From Paecilomyces variotii (Eukaryota), in the NCBI GenBank assembly GCA_004022145.1, contig RCNU01000003.1: a stretch of 64,000 bases of DNA; one strand, written 5' to 3'. The notes under the pieces are model-generated. The model made no database searches, was not told the DNA's origin, and saw only the letters and a program-made list of their open reading frames with translations. Made by a program: the position numbers and the translations under genes. Below, one piece after another: positions 12,292-26,762 of the stretch (within the stretch, counting starts at the first letter, position 1; each line of letters begins with the position of its first letter).

Positions 12292-14949
12292 TTTGAAGGA
12301 TGATGAGATTCCACTGAACTGTAGTAGTAGAGAAGAAGGAGGTAGTTAGGATCTGAGACTACAAACGACCTCTTCCGACGGGAGGACGAACCCTTTAAAT
12401 AATATCTGTACGGGGAAGCACGTCGTCAGCAAGTGAGTTCAAGGGGCAGTTAAGCTTTCCCTGAACATTCGATACGGAAGCCCGGATGGGAGAAGAAGCA
12501 TCATGGCAGAGGAAGAGCGGGGCAGCGGGGATCAGAGAACAAGCTGAGGATCAGCCCAGCAGGAAGAACAAGCTGGAAATGAGATCAAGGACCAGGCCGG
12601 AAGCGGGCAGAAACAAAGTAGCGATCTGACGACAATGTCCAGGTAGGTATGTACAATACTGTACAAGGGGGGCTTTTCCCCCGACGGTAGATGCCGTGGA
12701 AAGTAGCAGAATGGGGCGGCAAGAAACAAACTAGTGTCACATTCTTCCCCCAATAATGATAAAGTACATACCAATGAAGATGGGCGATCAGATCGCGGAC
12801 TGAGATCTCAGAAAGATCAGGAGATAGAAGAGGGTTGTTGTTGTTGTTTGGAGAGACTGGAAACTGGGAAACCGGCCGTCCAACCGGGCATATATATACT
12901 CAAAATTCCCACCGGGTCCTGAGCTGGAGACTTGTCCCTCCGGTCCTGGTCTACACCACCATAAGGATAATTCGCTGTTGGAAGAGCCAGTTGGGATACG
13001 TTGGCATTCGATTAACCCCTCTGGCCAGCCCCTCCATGGTGGAAAGAGCCCCTCTACGATACCCCTCTGGGAAGCACTAGGTAGAAGACCCCTCCCAATG
13101 ATGCTACCAAGCTGCCAATGTCTGTGCTGAGGGCGGCCCCCCCACCGTTGAGATGGAAACCATCGTAGACGTCAGGAAAGTTGTCGTGGACGTGGATACT
13201 CTCGTGGATACTCTACAGATGGACTTGGACTGGACTGGACTCTAAACTAGAGTGGGTTGGGTTGGGGAATCTCCGATCCACGGCCTGTAGAATTGGTACA
13301 CCGGCAAAAAAAGAGGGGAGAGAGAATAATGATAATCGCCAGTGTATGATACTCAACCGCCTACTACCATACTAGAGTACCATACGGAGTTGGTGCAACC
13401 CGGATGGGCAGCTACAATCGCGCGCTTGAGGCTCCACCGAAGCTCTCTCCGCACGAGGCACGTCAACGGGGCGTCAGTATAGTTGGTTCTAATTACCCAG
13501 TCCGGAGGAGGAACCCTCAAAGTCGCGTATTCAAGACACCTCGTGGACGTCGAAGAGCGAAATTGAGCCAGAGGTCGGTCTTGTCTACACAGTAGCCTGC
13601 AATAACCGGGAAATCTAGACCAGATGCCGGGTTGCAGTATCATTTCATATTGTAACGAATGGTGGTGGTAGTGGGAAATGCTTGTTCGCATGCGGGGTTG
13701 CTCCAATTACTTGGCATTTAACCACGTAGATATCGCAGGAGGGGCTCACACGGGGCTCACGACGATTGAGCAGCAGGCCACCAGACCAGAGGAAAGACCG
13801 AGCCCGTCTGTAGCGTTCGCAGCCACTCGTCTGGAATCCGCAGCAGGAACTGCGTGGGGATGCTGTCTCGATTTCCGACTATCAACTCTTGGTGTCTGGA
13901 GAAGATAGCCCAAACGGGCAATGATATCACGTGATTATATTCGCCTCGTCCACCTTACGTACTCCTCGCGCTAGTCTGTATAGGGCCTAGTTCCTTACAT
14001 GAGGGGTGCTGACATAATGAGGGGTCGGGGTCACCTGGTCCTGTGTCATCACAGCGACAGAAAACTCCGGTTTCAGCATCTTAGCTCGCACCGTTCTACT
14101 CCGTAATATTGGCCCTGCTGGAGACTGCAATCGGCAGTGCGAATGATGGTTCGTCCTCCCTGCAATAATTGTCGCATCCCTGCATCTGCAATCTACTCGC
14201 CCGCGTTCCTGACGGCCCGCTACTATGCCGAGTATCTCCCATCGTTTCCCCGAATCGGAGCCAATCCTCCGATATCAGGCACGACGTCAGGCCATCTTAG
14301 CTCACTGAGGGGAAGCTCTCTCGTCCCCAAGGTGAACTTGTGTAGTCTATCTAGTGGCTTCACCGGTGAGGGGACAATTGGGTAACAGGAACGCCAAAAT
14401 GAAACTGATAATATACGACGCCAGGAAGTCAGAACGTTCTCAGATCACCACGGCGCAAGCAGTCCCGGACGGACTCGGTTTGATCCTGAAATGCCGTAGC
14501 GGATCCGATCTCTCAAAAACAAAGCGCGACACCCCATGTCTGTGAACGATGGAGATTTCTCGCAACCGGTTGCCGCAGAAAATAGTCGGTTAAGATGGCT
14601 ACTGGCCGTTCACGTCCATGTTCCAATGCGATTGTTGAGATCGTGATGTCATTTTTTGGCTTGCGATAACCGCCAGACCGGAGTCGCGCGGATGTCGAAG
14701 CGAACAGGCTGGCCCTGCTTGTTGTATTGCTACCATCATCGATTTCGGGAGCGATAAGGTGACCTGGCCGTCTTCAGCAGGTCGATTTTCATTGGACTGG
14801 AGAGCAAAATGCTAGCGAATCTACAGTGCAGAAGGGTTGCTATCCTATCTGAGCCAGCTTGCCGACTAACACATTTCAGTGCACATCAAACGTTTCTTCG
14901 CTTCGAATCGTCCACGCCGCGCACTTCGATCTCACTACTCAATCTGAAT

Positions 14950-17255
14950 GTCGAAGAATACGTTGCATATAATCTCTGTGGACGCTGAAAATATCGACGA
15001 TCAACGCACATACCAGGTTTTCTTTCGACGAAATAGTGTAGGATACGTAATTAAGGCCGATCTCACCAATTCCTACCCAAAAAGAGAAATCAGCTCTATC
15101 TCGCCTTCTACATCTATTCAAAAGTCCATAGTATCACTTTTACTATAGCTCAACTCATTATCTTACCGCCATCATCTCCATGTTCTCAGATCTTAACTCT
15201 CGTTATCTCTTTTGAGCGTCACGGTAGCTCCTGTACCATGACGTCATATCTTTAACTTTAAAAGCAGAAGGCCCAGATCCATCTATAAAAAGGGAATAAC
15301 AAGGGCCAAGTGGCGCATACCTAAGGACGTGGGGGTGCGCTAAAAGAAGAAGGCTTAAGCACCGATCTCTAGATTAGATCGGGCCTTGAGGCATCGGAAG
15401 CCGAAAATATTTGTCCCATCCGGGACCTCCGGAGCCCAGCGGCTTGCGAGGTATTCTTCCGGGACCGGAGTTGGGGCCGAGTATGGAGTCTTGGTCGGCC
15501 GAGTATGTGCAGGAGATAGTGCGCAAAGGACCAGGGCACAGCTATATAGCATGTACTCTAGGATCACAACAACTTGGAGGTGCAGTATAAATGAGGGTGT
15601 AAACCTGGTCATGGTTGCCATGACTCGAACACCAAAAGAGTTGATAATGTGCAAATACCGCCGGGTTTCTTAACGTGGCAGCGAGTATTTCTGCTTGCCA
15701 TGGCTACGTACTCGCCACTATTATCACTGCTGTGGGTAATATAATACTCAAATTGGCTAAATAAAGGTCCAATACTCTTAATGTCATCTCTCCTCGAGGG
15801 GAAGAGCTCAAAAAGCGTTTAACGACGAGGACACATCTTGGCAGATAGTGCAATCGCGTTTGAACCACCACTGGGCGAATTTATTCTAGCATTCATCGTA
15901 ATCACCCTGGCTTATAGCACAATTCAACCTCCCTGTCTGGGGTAGAACCCCGGCGGCTAATCGAATAGGCCCGTCTGTGTGCCCCATGATTATGGTATTC
16001 GTCTCTTTCTTGAGCGGTAGCGTCATGTCTACATTTCCCTCCGGATTCTCAGCATCGATGTAATAAAAGAAGAATGCCCTCTCTCCCATAACAACAAATC
16101 TCCTGCCTTGACTTCTTTTGTCGTGAAAAGACCGGGCCCCCGAGAGCCGGAAGACCTAACTGCTACAGGGCCCAGGGTCACTGTAGGTTGCGTGATCTAG
16201 CTTTGGTAGCCGCCTACCTGCTTCACTGTACCTACAGCTCTTTGAAACTGGTATTTGCCATACTTTTGTTCATCCAGATACTAGATAGTTCTCTTAAATA
16301 TGACCTTGGCTGCAGTGTCGTCTGGGCACTGTAGGTGAAGGAGCTTGAGGACTTTGCCGCATTCTTCGTACCTCCCGGATTGTATAATGTCTGGGATTTT
16401 ACAGAAGAGCGCCTTCTCCTGTCGTGCTGGAATTTTTGGAAAATTGGGTCAAGATGACTTGAGAGGGTAATCGTACCGCTCCATCTTCAGTAATTCGCGA
16501 GAGAGGTCGAGCTTGATCGCTCGAACCTGATCATTCGGCCATTCACAGTTGACAAATCTCGTGCAGCTCTAACATTATGAGTGCTGCACTTTGCAGAAAG
16601 TAGAAATGAAGCTATCTACCATTCAATAGAACTAATATACTTGCTCTCACTGAAGAGTATATTGCTCTTTTCTTTCCAGCAGAGCTAAACTGTCCCGTTG
16701 GATCCCGTTGGGTCCCGCTGGTCATACGTATGGATACACAATCTCAGAAAGACGGTCCGCGCGGAGCAATTTCCATCAGACGTCGGTTGCAGATATGGCT
16801 CTTTGGCTATCAGAATTATCTCTTCTTGTAGCAGCTCTTCCACAGTGCGCTTATCTTGGTTATAGAACTGTAAGTAGACCATGCCCTTGTTCTCGTCCTC
16901 TATGAACGCTGTAAGCAGTCATTATATTGGTCTTTGTAATTTCCTTCGTGAGAACATAGATTCCACGATGGTGAGTCTCGAGCCGGAGGTCGCTGAACAT
17001 TACATTTTTCAAATCTTGCAGCGGGGTGATGCATGGTGGATAAGCTGGGGAGATGAAGACGGAATGGATATTGGGTCTTTTGGTAAGGTTTGTCATTCTC
17101 TGGTGACAGAATTACATAATCATCTCATCTCGAGGCTTGTCCCCCCCTCTTTTTCTTTCCTCCGGATGTCCCCGTCTTGAATTCGCTTTTAGTCTTGGAG
17201 GAGCTCCGTGTACCATGCGCCAATACAGCTACCGTTTGATCCTTGATTCTGACAT
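14950..17255 (-). pseudogene. Degraded TPR/SET-domain protein gene
   Basis: Fragments AYPPCITPLQDLKNVMFSDLRLETHHRG, LQFYNQ...KEPY and LDHATY/GPVAVRSSGSRGPGLFTTKEVKAGDLLL (SET N-terminus) recognised from a fungal TPR-SET family. They lie in different frames with stops; boundaries are approximate. Confidence 0.7.
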
Positions 17256-20035
17256 AGGAGTCAATTCAGATAATTTATCTCATGCAGTGGGTCTGGAAAC
17301 TAGAACAAATGTGAGGGAGAGCTTTCGTAGTCTCTAGATCTCATGATATCCCATAAGGATCGTAGCGCCACGAACTACAGCATTTTATATTTCTGAGCAA
17401 CTGAAAGTCGCCGGTCCTCGAGAATTATGAGTCGAAATGATGGATGCGGAAAGGAACATAATAATAGCGCACTTTTTTTTTTTGCAATCTGGCTGCTTGC
17501 TTCTGTAACACATTTTGACAAATATATTTCCTTTATAGTAGACCGATAGACGTTATAGGTATCTATATGCACCACAAAAGGGCCATCACGTACTTTATAT
17601 GCCCCTGCTGAAGCACAGTAAGGGCCCCTGGCTGCATGAATGTATGCTACTGGACGAACAGAGCGCTCACCGCTGCAAGTCTCTGTCACATTTCCCTTTC
17701 CGTTCAGCATGGAGACCGGGAACTACTCCATCCGGATTAAAGGATGGTTCGAACACCACGCGAGCCACGGAGATCATCTTTTCTGGTAGGAGTAATATTA
17801 CCTACCTGGGATATCTTGTTGCATTAGAGTTGCATGATCTGAGAAGCTTTAACTAGATTTGTTGATGTATATTGCCTAATTCAGGCGGATGAAAGGAAGA
17901 AAATGAACTGGGAATCCAATTACCAATGATCAACTGTGAAGGCCTGGACTGCGTCGAATACATCCCAGGGGTATCCTAGGTAGAATTGCATTTTAGCATG
18001 AGGCAGATCTGATCATGTCACTTTGCAGTAGTTAGGAACAGATCCAGGTCTCTTTCAGTACCTTATTATTGTACTCTATCACACTATCACATTATGGAAG
18101 CGGTTCCTAGCGCCTGTATAGACGCAGATGTAGGAACTGACCATACCCATTTCTCAAGCATGCAGTGACGTAGAACAAAGGGGATTCCCCATCTGTGCGG
18201 TGTAGGAGTCACTGACGCACCATTTCAAGAAAGGAAGGCTGGAGAATGTTCCCTGGTAAGCTGTGAGACACATTGTCTCATGAGGATAGGCTCAGTGATC
18301 CCACTACGGGACATAATCTTCCGGGTCATAGTAGTGCACAGTCTACATCAATTTTTTTTTTCTTTCTTTGAGGTAATTACCTTTTTGATCGAATTTTGAT
18401 AATATAAATGCCTCCATGGGTCAGAGTAGAGAGCATTCTATGCGCGGATGCAGGGCGTAGATTATAATTGCTGAGCGTCTTCTTGACACGGAAAACTGAG
18501 ACCAAGGTTAGTGATCTCCGTGCGTTGAAACTACACCCCACTGATATTTGATCCTGGAATGCCACGTTTTTCTATTATTCTCATTTCGCTACTCCTGCGC
18601 TACTACCATCTACGAACTGTACCCGATCATAGTGTTCATGTCTTCATGATCGGACGGCTGGTCCAAGCTTTCTCTGCAGCGGGCGAGTCTTTCCTGGTCC
18701 ATCTGTAAGTAGCCGAAACGAGACTTACCCGCCGACTCTGAGAGCAACAAGACCTAATGATCGCCAGACGACCTCGCGAATTGCTATGTTGGGATGAGCC
18801 AAACATTTATGAAACCGATCGAGTAACCAGCGCCTGCGGTTATGGTCCATACTCATGGGGATGAACCGCGGCACAGTGGCTTCTCGGCGTGTTTAGTGTG
18901 AGCCACTCCAGACCCGGCCGGTTTCATCCCAGAGATCCCACGACTGTTGTGTCAGCCCCCTACCGCTGCTGTGTTTATTATTTCCCTCTTCGATGATAAC
19001 AAAAGGATCACCACCGGAGAGGAAGTATGCGAGCTTCCTATCAGTGGTTCAACGTCCCAAGAGAGTCTCCACTGGCCCCTAAGCTCAGCCATGTGCTGAT
19101 GACGGGCCGCTACTCGTCGATCTTCCCGTGCTCTGGATTGGACTCGACTGTTCATTGTTGCTTCCTCCATGTTTCTGGAAAGATCAGTCGCTCTGATGGG
19201 GGACTGTGATCACTTCATGTCGCTTGTGAAGCACAATTGCGGACTAGTCACTGCACCTGACTCTCAGTCCTTTTTCACCTGGAACACTCAGGGATACTCG
19301 CGTGAAGCCTGCATATGGTCAATTGTGCAAAACCAGATGCTATTTCAAATCCTCATTCACTGTCTCCGTGCTCAGACCCACTTGTACGTTCGTGTCTGTT
19401 CCCTGCTATCGGACAGGTTCTGTTGAAACGGCTGGCTCTTGACCGGATATCTCGTTTGGATTCCGCGAGGATGATGGACGATCGTAGTGCTTGCGGGATC
19501 ATAATACTCCTCCTAAAGTATGAAACAGTTATATTCCTGGAAGTGCCAAGCTCCTAGTCGTCCCTCCACTTCTTTTTCGAGGACAGACTTGGTGTCGATT
19601 ACGACGCTGTGACTGTTTGGGCGCTGGTCCCGTCTGTCTGGGGTGGACATGGCCATGGACTCCACGGACCTCTTCTGCTCAAGTACCCTGTGCCACCTTC
19701 TTTCGCTTTTCTTGATGTTTCTTAATTCTTCGTTTACCTTTCTTTACGACTTTCAGCCTCTCTGAAGGTTTTTTTTATTCTTTTTATTCTTTCTATTTTT
19801 CTGCACGGCGATTCAGCTGGCCTGGAACCTCTCGTTGTGTCGAGACTCCGGCAGTCTTCGGTATAGCAGAGCCACTGTCGTTGCATTCAATTCTTGACTG
19901 TCGACCAGTCATCGTTCTTTTTCTTTCTTCTTTTCTTTTACGAGCATAAATACTGAGTTCGACTCGGCCGAATGCCATCGCAACGCTCACTTTAATCCTG
20001 TCCGGGATAATCTTGTTCCCCTCTTTAACCGGTAC

Positions 20036-22159
20036 ATGATGGATCATTCATTATTTGCCCCAGTTGCACGGTCCTTCGGTCAGATGGACGAAAGCGATGT
20101 TTTCAACAAGAGCAGCAAGGCGTTGCAAAAGACGCAGAATTTTATATTCAAATTAATCCTGCAGGAGAGTATATCAGAACGAACATCGACAATGCTCCTC
20201 GTTGCATTCGATGCTGCTGCTGCTGCACTGGTGATTGGTATTATTATGTACGATGCGTGGAGAGTATACGAGCTGAGCCCTATGCTTAAGTCTGAGTACG
20301 TGCCTCTGATGGCCGGTATTGTCGGATGTCGAGGCAGTCAATAGCTAACCAACTGCAGAAAGAAATACCGATTCCTACGCATGCTACATCCCGCAGACCT
20401 AGTACCCTTGGTTCTTGCTTCGGCAATTATTGTGCAATCCTTGATATTTCTTGGTGTCCAAGGTACTGGGCTCAAAAGTATCTTTGTGGGCAATTGTCAG
20501 CATATCGCTCAAGCGGTCTTTCCAGGTACACATTCAATCAACCATAGCGAAAGGAGCCGAAGCTAATTCCCTATAGCTGTATGGATTGTGGCCTTCACAA
20601 TATTGACGTTTGGAGCGGAGACAGCATATAGAGGACTGCAAAGGGACCGCTTTGCGCCTCGAGGGAAGTGGAATATACCGATTTGCTGTGCCGTAGCGTC
20701 GTTCCTAGTTATCCTCACATTGATACCGACAGCAACAAAGCCAGTCAAGTTCCATGAATGTTTCGACACCCTGATATTTTTCAGTGCGTTCTGGGCAGAT
20801 GTCGCCTTTGCCATAGGGTTGACGCTCATCATCCTTTATATCGGCATCGGTGCTGTTGTAACTGTGCAGCTGCTCCGAACTGTTAAACTCGATAGAGACG
20901 AGAGGGTTGCCGCTAGCAGAGTGGTGTACTATCTTGCAGCTGGCGCACTACTTTTAGTAAGTTTCATCTCGTGACATACCATTCATTCAGTCTAACATTT
21001 CTCGTAGGTCTTCATTCTGCCTTTCTGGGCACTATTCACATTCGCTCACCGCGTTGGAGTAACAGCAATGATGGCCGTTGTCACTTTGAATCTGTCTGGC
21101 TTCGTATTCTTCTTTATGCACCTAGTTCTTCGTTCAAATGCGGATAACCTAGCTATCCGTCCTGTCAATGCCCCGTGGCGGAGAAACCAAGGCTGGAAGT
21201 TATTCGGTTCAATGCCACTCGATATCGGACAACATATAACGACACCTTTGGAAAGGAAAAACAGCCTTGCTTCGAGGTTCGGTTACGGAAATGAGAAATC
21301 GTACTATGGCGATCACGATGTGTCTGTTGTATCAGGTGCGTCAGGAAACATGGAATCTGCCACGAGGCCAGGCACCGCTACAAGACCAGGTACAGCCACA
21401 AGACCGGCTTCAGCAAACAACGTCGATACGCAGAAATCCTTGCCGCCGCCTCCACCGCCACAATATCAGGATACGATTGTTTCGGGCCATTCCAGGAAAG
21501 TGTCAAATAACTATTCAATTTTCCCAGCTGCAGAAAGTACTCCATCGGTTCTGCCGGCACAGACCACGTCCAGCATGTACAGCATGGGCAATGGTAGCTT
21601 TTTGGTTCCACCACAACCCCCTTTCGCCAGGTCACACCAGCTGTACTCATCTGGTGTTAGCAGTGCCACTGTTCAGATTGGTCTGCGACTGAGTAATGTC
21701 GGCAGTACACCACAGACAATGAACCTGTCCAGCCCGTACCAGTCCCCAGCACAACAGTCGTTTAGTACGCAGCAAAACGACCGAGGATTCTCAAGGCAGT
21801 CCTACGACGTCCCTTTCACGATGGATACCATGAAGGAAATTGAAGACTACTTGTCAGGACCCGAAAGTCAACGCAGAAGCGAGTCGCCAGGCCCATACTA
21901 CTCGGACAGCGATGTAGGGAATCACAACTCCTCCTCGTCCGGAAACACCATAGACCGAGCAGCGATCATGAAGGTTCTCCCGCCACCACCTCCGCTCTCC
22001 CTCGCTCCTCGACAGTCTGTTCCTCCAGGTTCCGGTCTCTATCGCCTATCCGAAGCCCGCTCCCAGGAAATATCACCCCGGGAGGACGCTTGGCCCTCGG
22101 AGCCTTCGCTCGCGACATTACCCCAAAAATCTTACCAGCCTCAGAATGACTGGTTGTGA
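20036..22159 (+). CDS. Seven-transmembrane (GPCR-like) membrane protein with long Ser/Pro-rich cytoplasmic tail, 4 exons
   Basis: Introns at about 20296-20358, 20527-20576 and 20957-21007 join seven hydrophobic segments. The tail has poly-Pro motifs and a TRPGTA tandem repeat. Confidence 0.8.
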
Positions 22160-23231
22160 TTCTTTCTGTTCATGTCCTGGAGGTGGTATCCGTGGCTGCC
22201 ATATAAGCACATGTTCGCTTAGCGAACTATTACTCTTCTTCTGTACAAAATTAAGCATGTATATTCTCTTCTTTCGCAGTACGGTGACATGCCAACCTAT
22301 GACGTCTTGCTCGAAGGCTCCCTAGTTAGTACCTTGCAGCGTCCATGGCTGTCCTTGTGGTCACTTTCTGTTCTGTCAGATTCGTGATGAGTTGGCCCCT
22401 CAGATAAAAGCTGGCACTCCTTTAGCGTTGGACTGCTTTGAGGGTTGCTAGTCAAACAGGCAAGGATAGAAGCAGTCATCCTGCTCACTGAATGGGTATC
22501 GTGACTAGACGAAGCGAGCCTTGTCCGCTCCTTTACAAGTTGTCTTCCGGATCACCACTATGTCTCAAAGCTACTCTCGTTTCTCTCTTCCATTTTCATT
22601 ATATAACTCCGATGCGATATACTCAGGAAATCCTTTAGGTCCTTAGTTGGTGTTCCAAGCCGCCAGGTGTTGGCAGATCACGCATCTTGTTTCTGTATAC
22701 TACTCTCTAACTACACAGAGCGACGGGAATATAGCGGAAATGATGAAAAAGAGAACCATCGAGGAGGAACTTGATTCCCACAACCAGTGAAACTTCCTCT
22801 GCGCATGATGTCCCTCGAAGCAGTTCATGTTAGTTTTATTAATAGTATGTTTCTGCTCAACTCTTCAACCAGTAACGCGGCGACTAGATGACCAGTTGCA
22901 GAATCCCATACGTAAGACCCGCCAACAATCCCAGAAAATAGAATAGAATAACAAAAGAAAAATATAGATTTCACTTTCATGTTCTCATCGTACGCTTGTA
23001 TTACTGGCGATATCTCCGTTGTTCTTGGCACTAAAACTTGGCGATCTGCGGAGCGACAGCCGGAATGACCTCAACAAAGATTTGGTTCTCCGCCGGCCAC
23101 AGAGACACGCGAAACGCTCTCTGGTGGACACGCACTCTGAATTCAATTGACTTCGCCCTGCCTCACTGTCAATGGCAATGGTACAGAGCGCATATTGCTT
23201 TTTGCTGTGACATGATGCTACACAAGCCACA

Positions 23232-26200
23232 ATGCTTCCCATCTCTCGTTTGCGATCACACGCGGTGACCCTCACACGAGGGCACTGGCGCTGCATCAAT
23301 GCCAGCTATGGAGGAAGAAGTGCCAACACCCTACGTTTCCTAAAATTAGATACATATTCATTCGCACGACTTGCGTCGACCTCATCAACCTCGCTTTCGC
23401 GAAAACTGGACCTTCTCGCCATCGATAAAAAGTGGCAGGAAAGATGGCAATCGGAATCAAAGGCAGAACCCACAGCGACGTCGGGCAAAGAAGAGAAGCC
23501 GAAATCATACATTCTCTCGATGTTTCCCTACCCGTCCGGTACTCTACACATGGGCCATCTGCGCGTCTACACGATCTCGGATGTCTTGTCGCGATTCTAC
23601 CGCATGCGCGGCCGGGATGTTCTGCATCCCATGGGTTGGGATGCTTTCGGGCTACCTGCGGAGAATGCAGCTATCGAGCGAGGAATCGACCCCGCGGAAT
23701 GGACGAAGGACAATATTGCGAAGATGAAGGAGCAATTGATGAGTATTTCGGCGAATTTCGATTGGGATAGGGTAAGTTATTTGCCCTCTGTTGATGTTTG
23801 TATGAGCTTGGGGCCGCCTTTGATTGAGGAGACAGACGAAATGGCATGCAATGCTAACAGGGGTTATTGGTCTATAGGAGCTCATGACATGCTCTCCGGA
23901 GTTTTACAAACATACCCAGCGGATATTCCTGATGCTCTACGAAAAGGGACTTGCATATCAAGCGGAGGCATTGGTCAACTACGATCCCATCGACAAGACA
24001 GTCCTTGCAAATGAACAGGTGCGGGACATCAGGAAGTGGAACGCTTGGATGAAGCTGCTGATAAGGGAAATAGGTCGATGCAAATGGTTACTCATGGCGC
24101 TCGGGCGCAAAGGTGGAGCAGCTGATGTTGAAGCAATGGTTCTTCCGCATCACTGCCTTCAAAGAAGCATTGCTGAAAGACCTGGATACACTCGCAGGTG
24201 GTTGGCCGGAACGTGTGCTATCAATGCAGAGACATTGGATCGGACGGTCGACAGGGGCTAAAATTAAATTTCCGCTTACCCTTGATGCGTCGAACAAAGT
24301 CGATGTAGAAGTCTTCACCACTCGCCCGGACACGCTGTACGGTGTCGAGTATCTTGCGCTATCCCTGGACCACCCAATTGTCGTGAAGGCTGCCGAGAGA
24401 GATCCTGGCCTGCGCAAGTTCTTAGACGAAGCGGCCGACCTGCCATCAGATTCAAAGGCAGGCTATAAGTTGCGTGATGTCAATGCCAATAACCCGTTGC
24501 ATATTATCGACAAGGAGAGTCCAGAGATTTCGAGACCGCTCCCTGTCTTCGTCGCACCCTACGTGCTTAGCGGTTATGGCGAAGGCGCTGTTATGGGGGT
24601 ACCGGCTCACGACACAAGGGACATGGCTTTCTTCAAAGAGAACGTGAAACCAGAGTTCATCTCGGTAGTCGTTGAGCCAGAGTCCACTATTGGGACTGGT
24701 GAAGAGACTAGTACCAACACCGTCCCTGCGGAAGGCGCTAAAGCTTTTACGCAGGAGGGGTTCCTTACTGCGAAGTGCTGGAAGTATAAAGGTCTACATT
24801 CCAAGGAGGCAGCCAAACAAATCGTTACTGATCTCAAGCAAATCGGCCGGGGCGATTTTTCTGAGACATGGAGACTGCGCGACTGGTTGATCAGTAGGCA
24901 GCGGCATTGGGGAACACCGATCCCTATAATCCACTGCGGTGATTGCGGTCCTGTCCCAGTCCCAGTCGAGCAATTACCAGTCGAATTGCCTCGTATTGAA
25001 GGAGATTGGTTGAAAGGCAAGAAGGGCAATCCCCTAGAATCAGCAGAGGAATGGCTCCATACCGAGTGCCCAAGCTGTGGAAAACCAGCGAAGCGAGATA
25101 CTGATACCATGGACACTTTTGTCGATTCTTCTTGGTACTACTTGAGATACCTTGATTCCAAGAATGAAGAGCTGCCCTTCTCGCCTACTGTAGCTCGTCC
25201 GGTTGATATCTATATCGGCGGTGTCGAGCATGCTATCCTCCATCTCCTGTACGCTCGATTCATCTACAAATTCTTGGCCCAGTCAGAGCTATTCCCTGAG
25301 ATTGCCAAATTGGGCACCATCGCAGAACAACCAGCAGAGCCTTTCCGGACACTACTCTCACAGGGTATGGTTCACGGGAAGACTTATACGGAACCCTCGA
25401 CGGGCCGATTCCTTCACCCATCGGAGGTAGACCTGACGAAGCCAGACAAGCCCGTCATCAAGGGCACCGATATTACCCCTAATGTTTCTTTCGAGAAAAT
25501 GTCCAAGAGCAAGCATAATGGCGTGGACCCCACTGTTTGCACAGGCAGGTATGGCGCAGATGCGACCCGTGCCCATGTCCTCTTCTCCGCTCCTGTGAGT
25601 GAGGTCCTCGAGTGGGACGAGACCAAAATTGTTGGTATCGAGCGCTGGTTCGTTAGGCTGTGGAAATTTGTGCTCGACGCTCGTGAGAACCTTGCCAGAG
25701 CTTCGTTTACTGTGTCTGAGAACGACCTCACCTCAGGCCATGCGGTTTCTCTGCCGCTCCCTCTTCAGCTGTCAGACAGCGATGCGGACGCCATTCTTTC
25801 TACCCACAACACCATCTCTTCTGTCACGAATTGCATCGAAAATAACCCCTACGGCCTTAATACTGTCATCTCAGACCTTACAAAACTCACAAACGCCTTG
25901 TCCTCATCCCCACCGGCTTCCTCATCAGTCCTCTATCTGACCGTCTCTTCCCTCCTCCGGCTCCTCGCTCCTGTTGCTCCGGGGCTGTCTTCCGAGTCAT
26001 GGGAAGCTCTCCATGCTCCTCTCCTGCAAGAAGCAGACGCTGTCGTGCCTTCAATCTTCTCCGCATCTTGGCCCACGCAGCTCCTTACCTCCGCCGACGC
26101 GGCTACACTCGCTGCTCGCGGCGGCCAGACAGTTGCTGTCCAAATCAACGGAAAGCTGCGCTTCACCGCAACCATCCCTAGAATGCTGTCACCGAGCAGC

Positions 26201-26407
26201 GCACCCACGCCTGAGCCGGCTACTACTGGCGACTCCACCGTACACGGCGCGGAGCAGGACCCCGCGGCGGAAGAACAGAACTGGATTATCTCCCACATCC
26301 TGGAAACAGACGAAGGCAAGCTGTGGCTGACAGAGAAGAACGACTGGGAGAAGAGGAGAAGGGTGATTGTCGTCAAGGGTGGAAAAGTGGTAAACATTGT
26401 ATTCTAG
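23232..26407 (+). CDS. NAM2: Mitochondrial leucyl-tRNA synthetase, 3 exons
   Basis: Basic presequence; [13 protein letters not shown] (HIGH-type), [19 protein letters not shown] editing domain, DWLISRQR and KMSKS. Introns at about 23772-23877 and 24019-24073. Confidence 0.97.
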
Positions 26408-26762
26408 AGTAGAAATGGGATTCCGTCGAAATGTCGGCTGATGGTTTCCCTTGTATCATATCATGTAGATGAAGCCTGCATCATGTATGTAGCTGATGTA
26501 TTATATAGAAGACCACGTTGGATATCCCCGCTTATAATGCAGTCATGGAATAGAATTTGAAATATTAGCAATTTGCTTCTTCATACATCAACCGTACATG
26601 AAAGCGAAGCGGCGACGTCTTCTTATTCTTCTGATGCCAACCATCGTATCTATTCATCAATCTAGATGTTTATAATGTGTATAATAAGAGTACATTTCAT
26701 AAATATAACATAACCCTTTGAATGCTTTCTTTTACCGCCCTTCCCCAGGGAATGATAACAAC

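Noticed and set aside
13926-13935. Palindromic E-box ATCACGTGAT upstream of fdh (TCACGTGA also near 50893)
   Set aside because: A single short motif 1.6 kb from the start codon; cannot be distinguished from chance without conservation data.
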